A stretch of DNA of 63,270 bases, the filler included, from Asterionella formosa (lineage: Eukaryota): assembly GCA_002256025.1 (NCBI GenBank). It is 4 parts of 4 records of this genome, joined end to end, with 100 filler letters (N's around TTAATTAATTAA, not from the genome) between each part and the next. Parts side by side here need not be neighbours in the genome. Positions count along the whole stretch, not along the records: positions 41,346 to 61,903 come from NKIB01003307.1; 3 more parts are not named here. One strand, 5' to 3'. Below the pieces are notes generated by a model, which worked only from the letters and a program-made list of their open reading frames with translations, was not told the origin of the DNA and did no database searches. A program made the position numbers and the translations under genes. Within the stretch, counting starts at the first letter, position 1, and every line of letters starts with the position of its first letter. Below are positions 50,001-61,903 of the stretch, piece after piece.

Positions 50001-51357
50001 ACTTCTCCTCCCAAGAACCTTCATTCCTCTTTCACAATTGTCCTGATGTTTGCAGAGCATTTTTAGTTCCCTTGTTTTGATTTTTCCACTGGTTTCGATC
50101 CCTTTTGCATTCAAGTCAAGAAACAAGAAACTCATTGAGATTTCTGGAGGTTTTGGTCAGTGGCACCATAAAGCAACAATCAACAGATCATGGCGGCTGT
50201 TCTCCATTTTCTGTAGCAAGTGACATTCAAGAAGGGACTGGGATCATTGGGGAGAAAATTAGTAGGATTCTCTGTGTTTGCCCCCGCCCGTTTGGCAGCC
50301 ATTCTACCATTGCTTCCTCTCACCAATCAATACTAGCTAGTATAGCTAATGAAAACCGTAATTAGATGCAATGTGACTTCCGGTTTCTAATATTTTACAT
50401 TGTTGCACTACTGAAACTTGAATCCATAAATGGTCATTCAACTTGTGCTTCTTGCATTTTTGCAGTATAGACTGGCTGGTGGGCGATAGACCAAGCAAAG
50501 TGTCTCGCTTTTCATGAACATCGACAAGGTACTAGTGCTTTTGTCGAGTTTTGTGTCTAAATCCAACTGCTGCCATCCATTGAAATATTCCAGATACATC
50601 AAAGAATAGCTACGCTCCTGTCTTCAAAGGTAAGGAACTAGTACGATGACAAAGAAAATCTAATGAGACATGAAAATTACGAAACCAGAATCACTCTGTT
50701 ACTATAAATAGACGGCACAGTCTAATGCTTCTTTGTGCATATCGCCTGCTATGCTGCGTTTCAATTATAGATGCATTACCACGTTCTTGTTAGAGAGATG
50801 ATGTTACGGAGAAGTAGCTAGATTGTGCTGTTCTATAATGGATGTTGTTTACTAGCTATGATTGAGGTTGTAACACTGATTGATGCTCTGGTTACAGACC
50901 GGAAATATTTGTCTTGTGTGATGAGCCATTTCGTTTTCATTGGATTTCTTTTCAAGCGCTTAACGGATTGCATAGTACAAACATACTGTGCAATGTAGAT
51001 GACGATTCATCGAAGACATATGATGACTTGAACGACAAATGAAGATTTTATCACAAACACTCGTTCCTCTCGACAAGGCTGGTTTATCGTTGTTGCATGA
51101 ATCAGAGTGAGGACTGGCGAGGATGATGAGCCAAACCACATAACTTTAACTGTTACATTATCCTACCAAGAAAGTTAAATAAAGGAACCTAAAAGATACA
51201 ACACATATAATAATTAAATTTCCATAGTCAAAAGGGTTACTTTTTAAATTACGAGGGCATTTATCAAAATTATTAGATGATATAACGAAAAATTATGATC
51301 AGATGATCACAATCCTATGATGCATCATGGAAATATGATGATTTTTATTTGCAGACG
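47080..51357 (+). mobile_element. Non-autonomous Plavaka-like element (4278 bp) with both termini
   Basis: Begins CGTCTGTAAATAAAAACTATCATG (matches the 36829 end) and ends ATTTTTATTTGCAGACG (matches the 26517 end). GA lies on both flanks (47078-79, 51358-59). No transposase was recognised inside. Confidence 0.87.
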
Positions 51358-52100
51358 GATGTCCAATAGGTTTTCAGAAGAACAATTTTAAAAAATTAAA
51401 CTAATTGACTTGTGTAACAAATGATTGAACTTGCAACCCATTTATTCAAGATCAAAAGGAACTTCTGTCAATCTGCTTATAAGCAAATGAAACGACATCA
51501 ACAATGTTGCAAAGAAAGCCGAATTAATCTTGTTGGCTGGAAAGTGGGCTTAGTACCCAGAAGTGGGAGCAAGATCAAGTGACAGTGGAACTGATGAAAA
51601 GGTAGCCTTGTGTTAGGGTTAGGGTTAGAGAAAGGTTGCAAAGAAACCGAATCAAGCTTGATTGCTGAACTCAGTAGCTGGTACCATGACAATCAATAGA
51701 CTTATGAAAATAATTAAACTACTGCTGGTACCAGCAACCCAATTACTTCTGGTATTATCCTACGGATACATCATCTGTCCACCGATAAAGCAAGTATCAT
51801 GCCTTCCCTCCATAAATTCTACAACAGCAGCCTCCTCGGATTATGGTTAGGTTTAGGATTTGGACGTTTCTTTTTGAAAATGACGTCATTCTTGCTTTGC
51901 CACGATTTTTCTCATAATATACAACGAACAGTGTTTCATGCACAACAAATAATGTAAGTCGCTCTTCACTGATTACTCGTTACTTTTCGACTCTACTTCC
52001 TTCATCTATATCACATGGAAAGAAGAGGAACTGTCAGTGCTGGTGGGAGGTGTGGAAGCAGGAACAAGGAATCATATTATTCTATAACATGATACTGCTG

Positions 52101-52346
52101 GGGAATGGCTTAGTGGTTAGCACACCTGATGCGGTGGCAGGTTCGATTCCTGCATTCTCCACCTGTCTTTTTCATGTAGTCCCTAGGGTTCCGGGCTGTG
52201 TGGCTGACGAAAAGACAGGTCCCGTTGTACCGTACGGATGAATAAAACCGGTACTAGCGTATTGTGTCCATTTATTCATTTATTTGGGCACAAGTGCGAT
52301 TATAGGATAGCTTTAACGTACTATAAGATTTGATTGATAATTTTAG
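52101..52346 (+). mobile_element. tRNA-derived SINE, copy B (about 246 bp)
   Basis: 15-bp TSD AACATGATACTGCTG at 52086-52100 and 52347-52361. A-box TGGCTTAGTGG, B-box GGTTCGATTCC, acceptor-like stem GGGGAAT/ATTCTCC and a GATT-like tail. Confidence 0.9.
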
Positions 52347-52444
52347 AACATGATACTGCTGCATTGCTTGACGCCTTTCGCAAGGGACGGCAATCTTGAA
52401 GCTGTCTACATGTTGGGTATGATCAATAATTATTGCCATCAGCC

Positions 52445-52725
52445 TTCGCGGGCCATACTAGTAATCTAGAACAATAAAACGCTTCTTTTATTTGGCTAAG
52501 GTCGAAGTCTAATCTACTAAGTACCTGATATTTGGTCGATAAGAGGGTCATATTAGTTTACCAAGACCAAAGCAAATTTTGTCTTGGTCGATGTGGTGCG
52601 CGCGTGGCTAACATATATTGCTCTTACAACCAACCTTACGCATCATGATTCGTTACGCATCATGATTTGTAATGACCACTCCAAACCGCAATTGGTCTTG
52701 GCTGGTTATGCGCTGGAGATGCTCT
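52445..52725. mobile_element. Partial PIF/Harbinger element end
   Basis: Homologous to 40005-40253. Ends GGAGATGCTCT. Confidence 0.7.
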
Positions 52726-52989
52726 GAGTAACTATAATGACCAGTAGGCCCCAAATCTCAGAGCGCAGGCGAAATGCAACAAATCGCTTCATATGAATGA
52801 CAAATGAACTGTTGCTACTAGGGTCCCCTACACTTTTTGCACAAAAGTGTTGGAAAATGCAAAATGAGTTAGTCCAGGGAATGCGTGATCGCTTTAACTA
52901 ACTAAATGTCTAGCAAATCAATCAATATTTTATCAATTTTCTATGTAAGTTTGTAATGTCTATTTCTGTTTAAGTTTCATGAGAACAGA

Positions 52990-53602
52990 ACTGCCGTGAC
53001 TGAATTTGACTAATTTTACTTAAGGGAGGCCCAGGACAATGAAGAGATTTCCCTAATATTGGACCTAAGTAAATTTCATTAGTTCTACAGGATAGCGCAC
53101 ATTTTTCTAAGATGTATTAATATGACAACTATTTCCGTGATGTGAAAAATGAGAGAGTTCTTCACCTCGCAAGAAAAACGCGACTTCATGTTGTTATCGG
53201 CGATCTCAATTTTGGTTGTCATTATTAGTGTTATTACTCTACTTCTTTTACGATTGTATTTTCCTTGTCATTCTTAATACAGGTAGCAAATAGCAAAGCG
53301 TCGTTCTCTATTTTTGTGGAGATAATTCGTATTTTCGTCATGGTCAAGGTTGCGACAACATGAAGGATTCTACAGCTGTTCAAAGCCACTACCTGTCTTC
53401 ACTTGTGTTTTGTACTATGTACAAAAGAATCGCAAAATCGTAGCTAAATAAGTATGTACTAGTGCCAACGAGGACAAAAAGAATTATAGCACGTTACTTT
53501 GTCTATGACAAGAAAATTATTGGGTGTTTGGTTCCACCTCGAGAAAAATGTACAGGGGGGTCCAGCAACCATAGGGGGGGTCCAGGACAATGAAGTATAC
53601 GG
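52990..53602. mobile_element. Second copy of the pogo-type MITE (left TIR missing)
   Basis: Aligns with 23077-23641. Ends GGTCCAGGACAATGAAGTATACGG followed by TA. Confidence 0.85.
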
Positions 53603-55249
53603 TATGTGTTTTGGCGTGGAGCAAAATTATGTCTACATTCAGCAATGTGCATTTAGTATAAATGTTTTAAAATCATTTTTTTGTTTAAAATGTAACTTTA
53701 TCTATCTGTTGCCGACTCCTATGTAAATCAAATATTCAAATGAACACTCGAATCATGGGAATTCATAGCAGCAAACTCCCTGTTCCATGCCGTTTTTACA
53801 ACCCTAGCGACGTTTTCTCCAAACTAGCGTTAAGCCAAGGGCCGCAACCTTAAATTTCCTACATAGCTATACATAGTGGTTATGGTATACTGTTATGGAT
53901 GTACACCACCACAGCATCTGGTTTTGTACTGCTGTAGTAGGGGGACAATGAGACAGCAACTCCGTCTTGACCACGACGAAATTATTGGACTGAATATCTC
54001 CACCAATAGTATTCACGATGAACAATTCATATTTCTCACGTATATGTACTCTATCATAGTCGAGGTAATCGTTCAATAATAAATTTTTTTACACCAATAT
54101 TGACAACAAAAAGTTGAAATCGCCGCTAGAATCTGTTTTCGTCGTCGTTTGCTCAGTTTTGAGTCTACAATCAAAGACGAGACATCTTTGAGTCCGTGGT
54201 GACTAGCTTGATAACTTCTAAGATAATTATTTCTATCTTCTGTACAAATAGATGAGAAAACCTGAGCAATAGAAATCTCGGAAGGAGCGCAACAGCTCAA
54301 AATGCAAGAAATACTTCAACCCCTTTTTTTGTACTGACTTTCATGTATGTACCAGGTGGTACTTCATGTCGTGTAGCATATTCCTATGGAATCTTGATTA
54401 GGTTAATTCAAACTTACGCCTATACATACATATAGACAAAGAACAATATGCTGCTTGTCCTTGTAGCGACTAAATATTTCGATGCTAAAATGTAAACACT
54501 AATTCCTATGACTGACGGTTTGTGCATTTCCCGACACTTTTGTGCAAAATTGTATTCTTTCTTGCTACTACTAGCAGCAGACATTACGTAGACAACACAA
54601 TCCTGGTACATGAACCTTCTATTAGCAACTGATTTGAAGGCGATTCCCGCTCCAGCTATCGACTTGCCACTTGGCTGGGTACATCTGAGAAATGTTTACG
54701 CTCTTTATTTAGTAGGGGGCATTATACGGGGCACAGAGGATTTTTCGGCAGTCCAATTTCAGTTTGAGCTGGGACCACCAAGCAACATCAAGAGTAGACA
54801 TCAAAAAAGCATCATGGACCACCGAATATATGCATAAAAAGTGATAACTCAAGAAGCAATGATTATAACAATGTCGAAAAATTCGATATGATATTTTTAA
54901 GCAACCAAAGTATGAAATGGAAATCGAAAGGGAAGGTGTGACAATGATGAGCCGAAAATTTGTCAGCACATTTTCATGAACAATTGTCAAGCAACTCACA
55001 CTTCTATGTCGTCAAAACGAAATACCAAAAATGTTCAGATTGGGACTGGCTGGAAGAGCAGTAACTGATAAATTGAGCTGGCACCAGTCTTAACTTGAAG
55101 TCGTTCTGTTATATCTAATATCTATATAAACATGAGGACCAGCTACTAGGACCGGAGATGCTAGCGCAAATCAGATATATCACTCATGACATTCCTGACA
55201 ACATTCCCATTCATATGAAGTGAACACGATCAGTAATACGCAGTTTTCT

Positions 55250-56460
55250 AGAAAAGGGAAGTCTCTACAGACTTACATCCAAATAAATTTGAGGATTTGA
55301 AGCCTATGGACTTTGCAAAGTATCTTGGGACCCTTCAGTAATCCAGTGACAGGCTGTCTACTTGCTTAGTCAGAAGATGAATAAAAACAAGAAGAAATCA
55401 CTTTACAACCTGTTTAAGAAGTATAAGACGAAGGCTACATACAACTTTGATGATGAGCTGAAAGATCTCATTGCTGGCGTCAAACGAATTGCAATTAAAG
55501 CAAAAAAGATGTTATGGGTAGCCTTGAGGAGGGAAAACGCGAATTGAGAATTGACCTGTACCGAAAAATAAGCATATGGTTGATTGAGCGAGGATGGCTC
55601 TCCATCAGCTGTTTATGCACATGCATTTTTATGTCTAACTTGGAATTGGATGTACTGTGTTGATAGTACTGATGGTGTCTGTATCAAGCATTTGGTTTGG
55701 AGTCAAGATTCTGTGGGGATTTTTTTTCACACACAAAATGACCAGGATGGCTGGCTATAAGAATTTCAAGCCCTGACACTGCCACACCAACCCTGAAGAT
55801 TTTGCATTGTGCCCAATAACTGCATTGTTTGAGTACATGACATGCTTCCCGGAAATTCTACAAGAGTCTATTGTTTCCTGGTGCAGAGCAGGAGGATTGA
55901 TTCAGAAAAATTATCAAGAGGTTGCTACATGGACATGAAGGCGATCTAGATGGATGTGAGGTGGTACTCACAGTATCAGGAAGGGCGCAACAAAATATGC
56001 ATCAAGTGGCTCTACAGCAATTCCATCAAGTGTAGCTATCAACAATCAAGGTAGTTGGACATTACTAGACACTGTGCGAGATGTCTATATGCTTTATGAA
56101 AAGGCAGGTTACCACTATGTTGGTCGAATATTGGCTGGATTGCCAGTGTTATCTGATTGTTTTGCAGTTTCAGAACCAAACTTTTAGATTCGAAATGCCA
56201 ATGATGCAAATGCAGAAGTAAAGCAAACAGAGCTTGATGGAAAAGTCATTCTGGCTTTATGTTCCCTGTTTGGTGATGTGATTCGTTGCCAGCAAGTTAT
56301 GGTGTTTCAATTTCTTCATGTTGGACCAGCATGTATCCTGCACCACAGAAAACATCTTTGACAACTTCATGCTGACAAGTCATTAGTGAGTAAGACTGCT
56401 ATATGCACATCAAGGGAGTTTCTTGCACTAAAAGTAGCTACATATTATTGTTCGATATGG
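55250..56460 (+). pseudogene. Crypton (CryptonS-like) tyrosine recombinase relic
   Basis: Broken frames: EEGKREL..DLYRKI, AFLCLTWNW, DSVGIFF, DQDG, HCHTNP...CPITALFEY, LFPG, IRKGATKYASSGST.IPSSVAI and TVRDVYMLYEKAGYHYVGRILAGLP...FAVSEPNF. Boundaries approximate. Confidence 0.8.
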
Positions 56461-57162
56461 GAGGTTGTTTAGCTAACCGAAATTGATATTTTTATGTATA
56501 TATATAACTAACAATACTGGTAGTCTATCTAACAAGGATAATTCACATATGTTCATATTACAATTTGATTAAATTCAGAATGTGCAAGTGTATGGTGGTT
56601 CCTAGGTTCAATACAACCATGAGAAAGAAAGAGTAAGAAAATATAATTTTGAAACCAGCTCACATCATTGTCTACCATCTATCTGCCCTGATCAAGTGGT
56701 TTCGGGAAAAAGTCACAGGAAATTTGAGTCACGAGTTAGTTTCCAGAGCAGTTTTCGGTATTCCCGGTAAATAAGCAATGGCCTTTATATATAGATACAG
56801 TATCATATATAGATAGTATGGTGATTGTCTCGAGTCGCCAACGATGGTTGCTCCTTGTGTTTCTAGTACCTGGTACCCTCCAACCTTTTGTTGTCACTTA
56901 ATAATGCAACTTCATGTGCTCATGAAATGTAGCAGCAGCGGACGAAATTGTTCGAACGACAGCAATAGCGATGGTTGAGAGCGAACCGGTGAGCACTCAA
57001 GATATTTCTGTAGCATGTGTCCGTGTTCGGATTTCGGGTCTGAAGTATTTTACCGGTACTCCCCCAAGTTATTGACTCACCTGTTTTACTTTCCAATGAT
57101 AACCATGTTATGTATATATTTTCGTATAGACAGTCATTAATTGCATTCAGCAGCTCATCAAC

Positions 57163-58401
57163 GTGTTTCATGCGGTCAGACTTGATGAGAATTCAAGTCA
57201 ACGAAACCACCACGACGAAGAAATTTTATCCCTGCTGTCGCACTGTCACATTTTACCCTCCATCAAGATTCGGTTCAACCTCACACCATTCGGAAGCAAC
57301 GACGACGATGACTTTGAAGAATTCCCTCTTCACATTGCTTGTGCCGTAGGATGCAGCTTTGGTGTCACTCAGCTCATCTACCACCTATTTCCTTCGGCCA
57401 TTTTCGAACGAAGCCCAACGAGATCTTTTGGGGAATTCCTTTGGAGCGACCTCCTACCACTTCACTATGCTTGCATCTATGGAGCCTCTGCAAAGACAAT
57501 ATCGTTCTTGATTCGGCAGTATCCAAAATCAAGACACAGTCAAGCCTCAATAGGGACTTGCGGCTTTCAACGACCCTTTAATTTCTGTTTCTGGAGGGAT
57601 TGCCCCTTGGAATGGAACACGCTGATACGTGACATGATTGTTCGAGACAATTCCTTTGTGGCATCTATCGAAGCCAAGGGAGATATCTATTTTGAGAAGC
57701 GACTTAATGTCGATCGTTTGGAACAATTCACTCAACTGATCCAGCCGGTCCGAAAGGACATTGTCATTTGTGCCAAGACAAGCCATTGTGTGAATCATAT
57801 TGGAATCACCCTCGATGAGAGTCTAGCTGTTGAAGATAGTCTCGTATTGAAATTACACCCAAAAGATGAAGATTGGGGAGAAATACTACTTACCTTGGAA
57901 GCTATCAATATTCCAATGAGATGGCTGGAAATTCGAACTGGATTGGACTTTGGTACCATTCCTAAATTGTCCAAATGTCTTCAAAATTTTAAGTTCAAGG
58001 GCACCATGGAGCAAATAATTGTCGATGCCTTGGTGGAGAACGAACAGGAGATGAATGATTTTCTTGAAACGCTCTTGATCGAATTTCCAAATGTTAAGTC
58101 CCTTGGGCTTGCACCCAGCATGAAATGGTTTAGTGTTTTAGTCGATAGGCTGAAAGTGTCGAATTGTTCACTACGGCACGTCATTTTCGGTCCAGAGTAT
58201 CCACTACAAGCAGATCCACTGATCAAGAAACAAGTGGAATATTACTGTACACTGAATCAACTAGGTCGAGGAATTTTCAAGAAGGATACAGCTAGCAAGG
58301 AAGAATTATTGAAAGTACTCGATTCCTGTATCAATCAAAGTGTATCAATATTGTATGGCATGCTTCGTTTCCATCCAGCCAAGTGGTCAATACTGGAATG
58401 A
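57163..58401 (+). CDS. Ankyrin-like repeat protein with degenerate LRR-like C-terminus (5' exon not resolved)
   Basis: 412-codon open frame with FPLHIACAVG and LPLHYACIYG...LIRQYP. The ending YYCTLNQLGR...LYGMLRFHPAKW is typical of expanded diatom families. The listed start is non-ATG. Confidence 0.7.
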   Translation: MFHAVRLDENSSQRNHHDEEILSLLSHCHILPSIKIRFNLTPFGSNDDDDFEEFPLHIACAVGCSFGVTQLIYHLFPSAIFERSPTRSFGEFLWSDLLPLHYACIYGASAKTISFLIRQYPKSRHSQASIGTCGFQRPFNFCFWRDCPLEWNTLIRDMIVRDNSFVASIEAKGDIYFEKRLNVDRLEQFTQLIQPVRKDIVICAKTSHCVNHIGITLDESLAVEDSLVLKLHPKDEDWGEILLTLEAINIPMRWLEIRTGLDFGTIPKLSKCLQNFKFKGTMEQIIVDALVENEQEMNDFLETLLIEFPNVKSLGLAPSMKWFSVLVDRLKVSNCSLRHVIFGPEYPLQADPLIKKQVEYYCTLNQLGRGIFKKDTASKEELLKVLDSCINQSVSILYGMLRFHPAKWSILE

Positions 58402-58630
58402 GAATATGGGATCATCTAGTACCAGAACTTTTCATCGTCCCGTTGCTTCCCCCCTTGGCGAAATTCTCCTCTTATTCATTTGACTGCAGAAACCATCAAT
58501 GTAAGAACATGAACGCTTTGCTGATTTTTTTGTCATGTCATGAGATACACTAAAAGAAATGGTCACATCACCACATGTCAAATGTGGCGCTACCCATTTC
58601 AATTTCAATGTTTGGCACAATGAATGTGTT

Positions 58631-60067
58631 TTAATCAAGCTTAGTTCGTTTTTGCCACTTCTTTGTAGGACTTATACTAGTTCTCCAAAGGAACCATGCT
58701 ACAATCACCAAACTCATTAGTAGTGACACAAGTAGACACATGATGCCAATATGCCGTAAATGACCATCCATAACAGTAGGAAGTAGTTTCAATTCAACAG
58801 GTGAAAATCGATCCCTATGAATTGATTTCCATCCAGTTGTCAAGACTGTTTTTCCTGACTCAACGTCATGGACATTAACTTGGACACGAAGTTGTTTCCA
58901 ATCAATGTCAATGGTACCAAAATTCTTACCAATATAGTATTGGTCTGGTACGATCCGATGATGATGAAATGTTTTCAAGAGTGGTTCACAGAGTCCTCCA
59001 TAAAAGGGAAGTGTACATGAATGAGTCAAGCCACTGCTGGTAATTTCATACAAATACTGTTGGCTATTATGCTTTGAGTTCGAAGCTGCATCTGTCGTTG
59101 CAGGGAGGACAAGATCCAAAATCTCTCCATGATGAACATCTCCAGAAAGTAAAATAGTCCCAGGGATGCCATTCAATAGTTCCAACAACCGATTCCGTTC
59201 GGTAGGGAAATGTCCCCATGATTCCATAACTGGATTGGTGGTAAGGACTTGGACACTACTCACCACAATGTGGACTTTAGCTTGCGACTGTGCCAGTTCA
59301 TTTTGGAGCCATGTCCACTGCTGTTCTCCCAGCATACTCCCATTTGGAGAACATGCGGATAGATTCAACCCAGCTGTCAGCCACCGAGAGATACATGACA
59401 ACCCGGATCCGAATGGTATAGATGCTGCAACACTAGGGATACAATAATTGTCCCGAAACCATCGTGTATCGAGAAAAATGACTTTTACTCGTTGTTCTGT
59501 TGGTCCGAAAGCAATGGAATGATACGCACCTTGTCGTTGGAATAGTGTGGTACGAGCAAGGTTACCGGTAGTTTGAGTGTTGTCAAGGTCATTGTACCCA
59601 AGAAAGTCAAAGAATGCCTTCTTTCGTTCCATTTTGTTTGGCATGTCTTTTCCTACATCATTCCCACCCCAATCATGATCATCATAGATGCCATATATTC
59701 CTAATGGTGGATGTAGTAGATTGTATCCAATAGTTGTATTCGTCAACATGCTATTATACTCTCGTTGGAGCATATCAACTGGTGCAGTCCCACGCATGGG
59801 GGGATAAATGGAATCTCCTGTCCATAGAAAGGCTTGAGGTTGCAATGCCACAATGTTGTTCCAAATGACATTTGTGGCATATTTGTTCTTATGGCATGAT
59901 CCAAAAGCAATCTTGGAAATGCGAGAGTGCTGGACAATGTCGGCTACATTGTTTGTGGCCATTTCGCCTGATAATGAGCAATGGCAGCGACCACAACCCG
60001 CTCCTATGTATACTAGTATCAACAAGCAACACGAGAAAAAAACAATATCAATCAGGAGGAGGTCCAA
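58631..60067 (-). CDS. phoD: Alkaline phosphatase D family protein with C-terminal TM anchor
   Basis: IAFGSC, WTGDSIY, IYDDHDWGGND, FLDTRWFRD, MLGEQQWTWL, ESWGHFPTER, LLSGDVHHGE, EITSSGLTH and NFGTIDIDW. The true start is probably in an upstream exon or at ATG 59962. Confidence 0.92.
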   Translation of the reverse strand: MDLLLIDIVFFSCCLLILVYIGAGCGRCHCSLSGEMATNNVADIVQHSRISKIAFGSCHKNKYATNVIWNNIVALQPQAFLWTGDSIYPPMRGTAPVDMLQREYNSMLTNTTIGYNLLHPPLGIYGIYDDHDWGGNDVGKDMPNKMERKKAFFDFLGYNDLDNTQTTGNLARTTLFQRQGAYHSIAFGPTEQRVKVIFLDTRWFRDNYCIPSVAASIPFGSGLSCISRWLTAGLNLSACSPNGSMLGEQQWTWLQNELAQSQAKVHIVVSSVQVLTTNPVMESWGHFPTERNRLLELLNGIPGTILLSGDVHHGEILDLVLPATTDAASNSKHNSQQYLYEITSSGLTHSCTLPFYGGLCEPLLKTFHHHRIVPDQYYIGKNFGTIDIDWKQLRVQVNVHDVESGKTVLTTGWKSIHRDRFSPVELKLLPTVMDGHLRHIGIMCLLVSLLMSLVIVAWFLWRTSISPTKKWQKRTKLD

Positions 60068-60738
60068 TTGTTTCTGTTAACTTAATTAATGTCAGCTAAT
60101 GATAAACGTGAGGAAGGACCAATATCGGTAGTCTAATTAGGGTCCACCTGATGGTACCGACAGTACTATATTTTATATGATGACAATGCTGGTGAGTCAA
60201 TTGTCGAAAGTGCCAATTATGGTGCAATGAATAAGAGGGAGAACCCGGTACATAGAATTTATCATGGGTTTTGCCACAGATAGAGTGGGGGTAAAACAAC
60301 GTACATATTTTTCTTTTATAATATTGTACCTCATGGAATCATATATGCATTTTTTGAATAAATAATTGCAAACCGGACGAAAAGGAAATACAAATTATAC
60401 CGGTAGAAAATTTAGACTGAATTATACTATCGTAACCTTGGTAATCAAGCCTACATACTTGATGGACAAGTAACTTGGGCAAAGTTGATCCACAACATCA
60501 TTTATATTGTTTTAAACAATATACCAGTTTATTGCTATTATAGACTAGTCAAGAACCATGTCAGGTGCTATCTGAATTGTTATCTGCTCATGATGTAAGT
60601 TGATTATATAAATTATGCAAAGAACAAATCACTAGCTATAATCAAGCTGGATTCCAAATAAATGGACATGCTCACCACCAGCCCAAGAAAAGAACTTGTC
60701 ATCAGTTTCCTACCTATTGACTGCTGATGGAGACTGCA

Positions 60739-61713
60739 TTACTTTTTCTCCACTGCAGTGAGTTCAACTCTCCCCATGGAACAGTCAGAGCAAGCATCAC
60801 AATCCCATTCATCCCCATATCCCCACTGGTAATAACGTTTTTCACCGGGCTTCCATCTGCTTGTGTCAGTTGCAGAATATCCAATGGTGGGATACGCATC
60901 AACTCCCCCACAGTCTCCACATGAAGGAACATCACAATCATCACAGCATTGGACTTTATTGGAACAGCTCTTGAGGTAAAATGGCTCATCCTCAATAATA
61001 TACTCCATGCTCAAAGAGCGTCCATTGACAAATGCATAAGGTAGCTGGGTGTACTTGAAAAAATCGGTGGCAACATTTGTTTTGGGATACAAAAGCACTG
61101 GATCATTTCCTGTAGGTCGGGATTCATTGCATATTCCTCCCTTAGGATTATCATCATAGTCAATCCACACGTCCCCAACAACTGGGATGACAACAGTAAG
61201 AGGCTCGCCCTTGGGATCAACTGGAACATTGCATTTACGGACAGGAATGGTGATGTTTGAGCAAGACGAATAAACGACAAATGGATCAAGGAAGTAGTAT
61301 CCCTTTGGCACACCAACTTGAGGAGAACATGCTTTGTTGGAAGTCCTGTCATGAAGGCAGACTGCCCAGTTCACGTAGGATTGTATAATGGTTGGCTCTG
61401 TGTTTGTGGATGCCCTGGCTCCTTTTTTCTTGCTCTTTTTCACTATACTTCCTTTTCTGCTGTCCCCCTTGAGGATACGTTTGCCAATATTTCTGGGAAC
61501 ATAGTTCTTCTTGCTAAGTCCACCAGGAAACTTCTTGCAGATAGTACCATAAAGCAAGAGACAAGGATAGTGAGGATGACGAGAGCCGAAAGGTGCGATA
61601 CGACAAGTTGAGTTTGGCAGGCTACCGGTACTTACCTTGAAGGTGGACTTGCCAGCAAAGGCAAATGATATACTGAGCGCAAGAAGTATGCCGATAGTGC
61701 TGAGGAGCTTCAT
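60739..61713 (-). CDS. Secreted Cys-rich protein of unknown function
   Basis: ATG at 61713 gives the signal peptide MKLLSTIGILLALSISFAFA, then a Lys-rich linker and a Cys/Asp-rich C-terminal domain. A possible in-frame intron starts GTAAGT near 61635. Confidence 0.7.
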   Translation of the reverse strand: MKLLSTIGILLALSISFAFAGKSTFKVSTGSLPNSTCRIAPFGSRHPHYPCLLLYGTICKKFPGGLSKKNYVPRNIGKRILKGDSRKGSIVKKSKKKGARASTNTEPTIIQSYVNWAVCLHDRTSNKACSPQVGVPKGYYFLDPFVVYSSCSNITIPVRKCNVPVDPKGEPLTVVIPVVGDVWIDYDDNPKGGICNESRPTGNDPVLLYPKTNVATDFFKYTQLPYAFVNGRSLSMEYIIEDEPFYLKSCSNKVQCCDDCDVPSCGDCGGVDAYPTIGYSATDTSRWKPGEKRYYQWGYGDEWDCDACSDCSMGRVELTAVEKK

Positions 61714-61903
61714 TTCCTGCGAAACGAGCAGCATTAGTTAGACATACCATCACATGATGTTGAAATTGCGTCCCGAAGCACTCTATGCTTTCTTGTATCC
61801 TGTAAGGACACGTCAGGGACCAAATAGGCTGTAGATATAACAACGATGTCTCCGTGATCGATTGTAATCGTTCCTAAGAGTTTTAATAGAATTATGGGTT
61901 TTT

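Noticed and set aside
51612..51630. TTAGGG repeats (also about 18105-18165) as telomere or telomerase template
   Set aside because: Only 2-3 units, internal, with no supporting structure.
52100..52161. Functional tRNA gene
   Set aside because: The anticodon arm is truncated and the sequence lies within a TSD-bounded repeat; it is a SINE head.
52204..52220. CTGACGA..AAAG resembling a hammerhead ribozyme core in the SINE
   Set aside because: No stem II followed by GAAA and no stem III/NUH arrangement. The motif is not kept in copy A.
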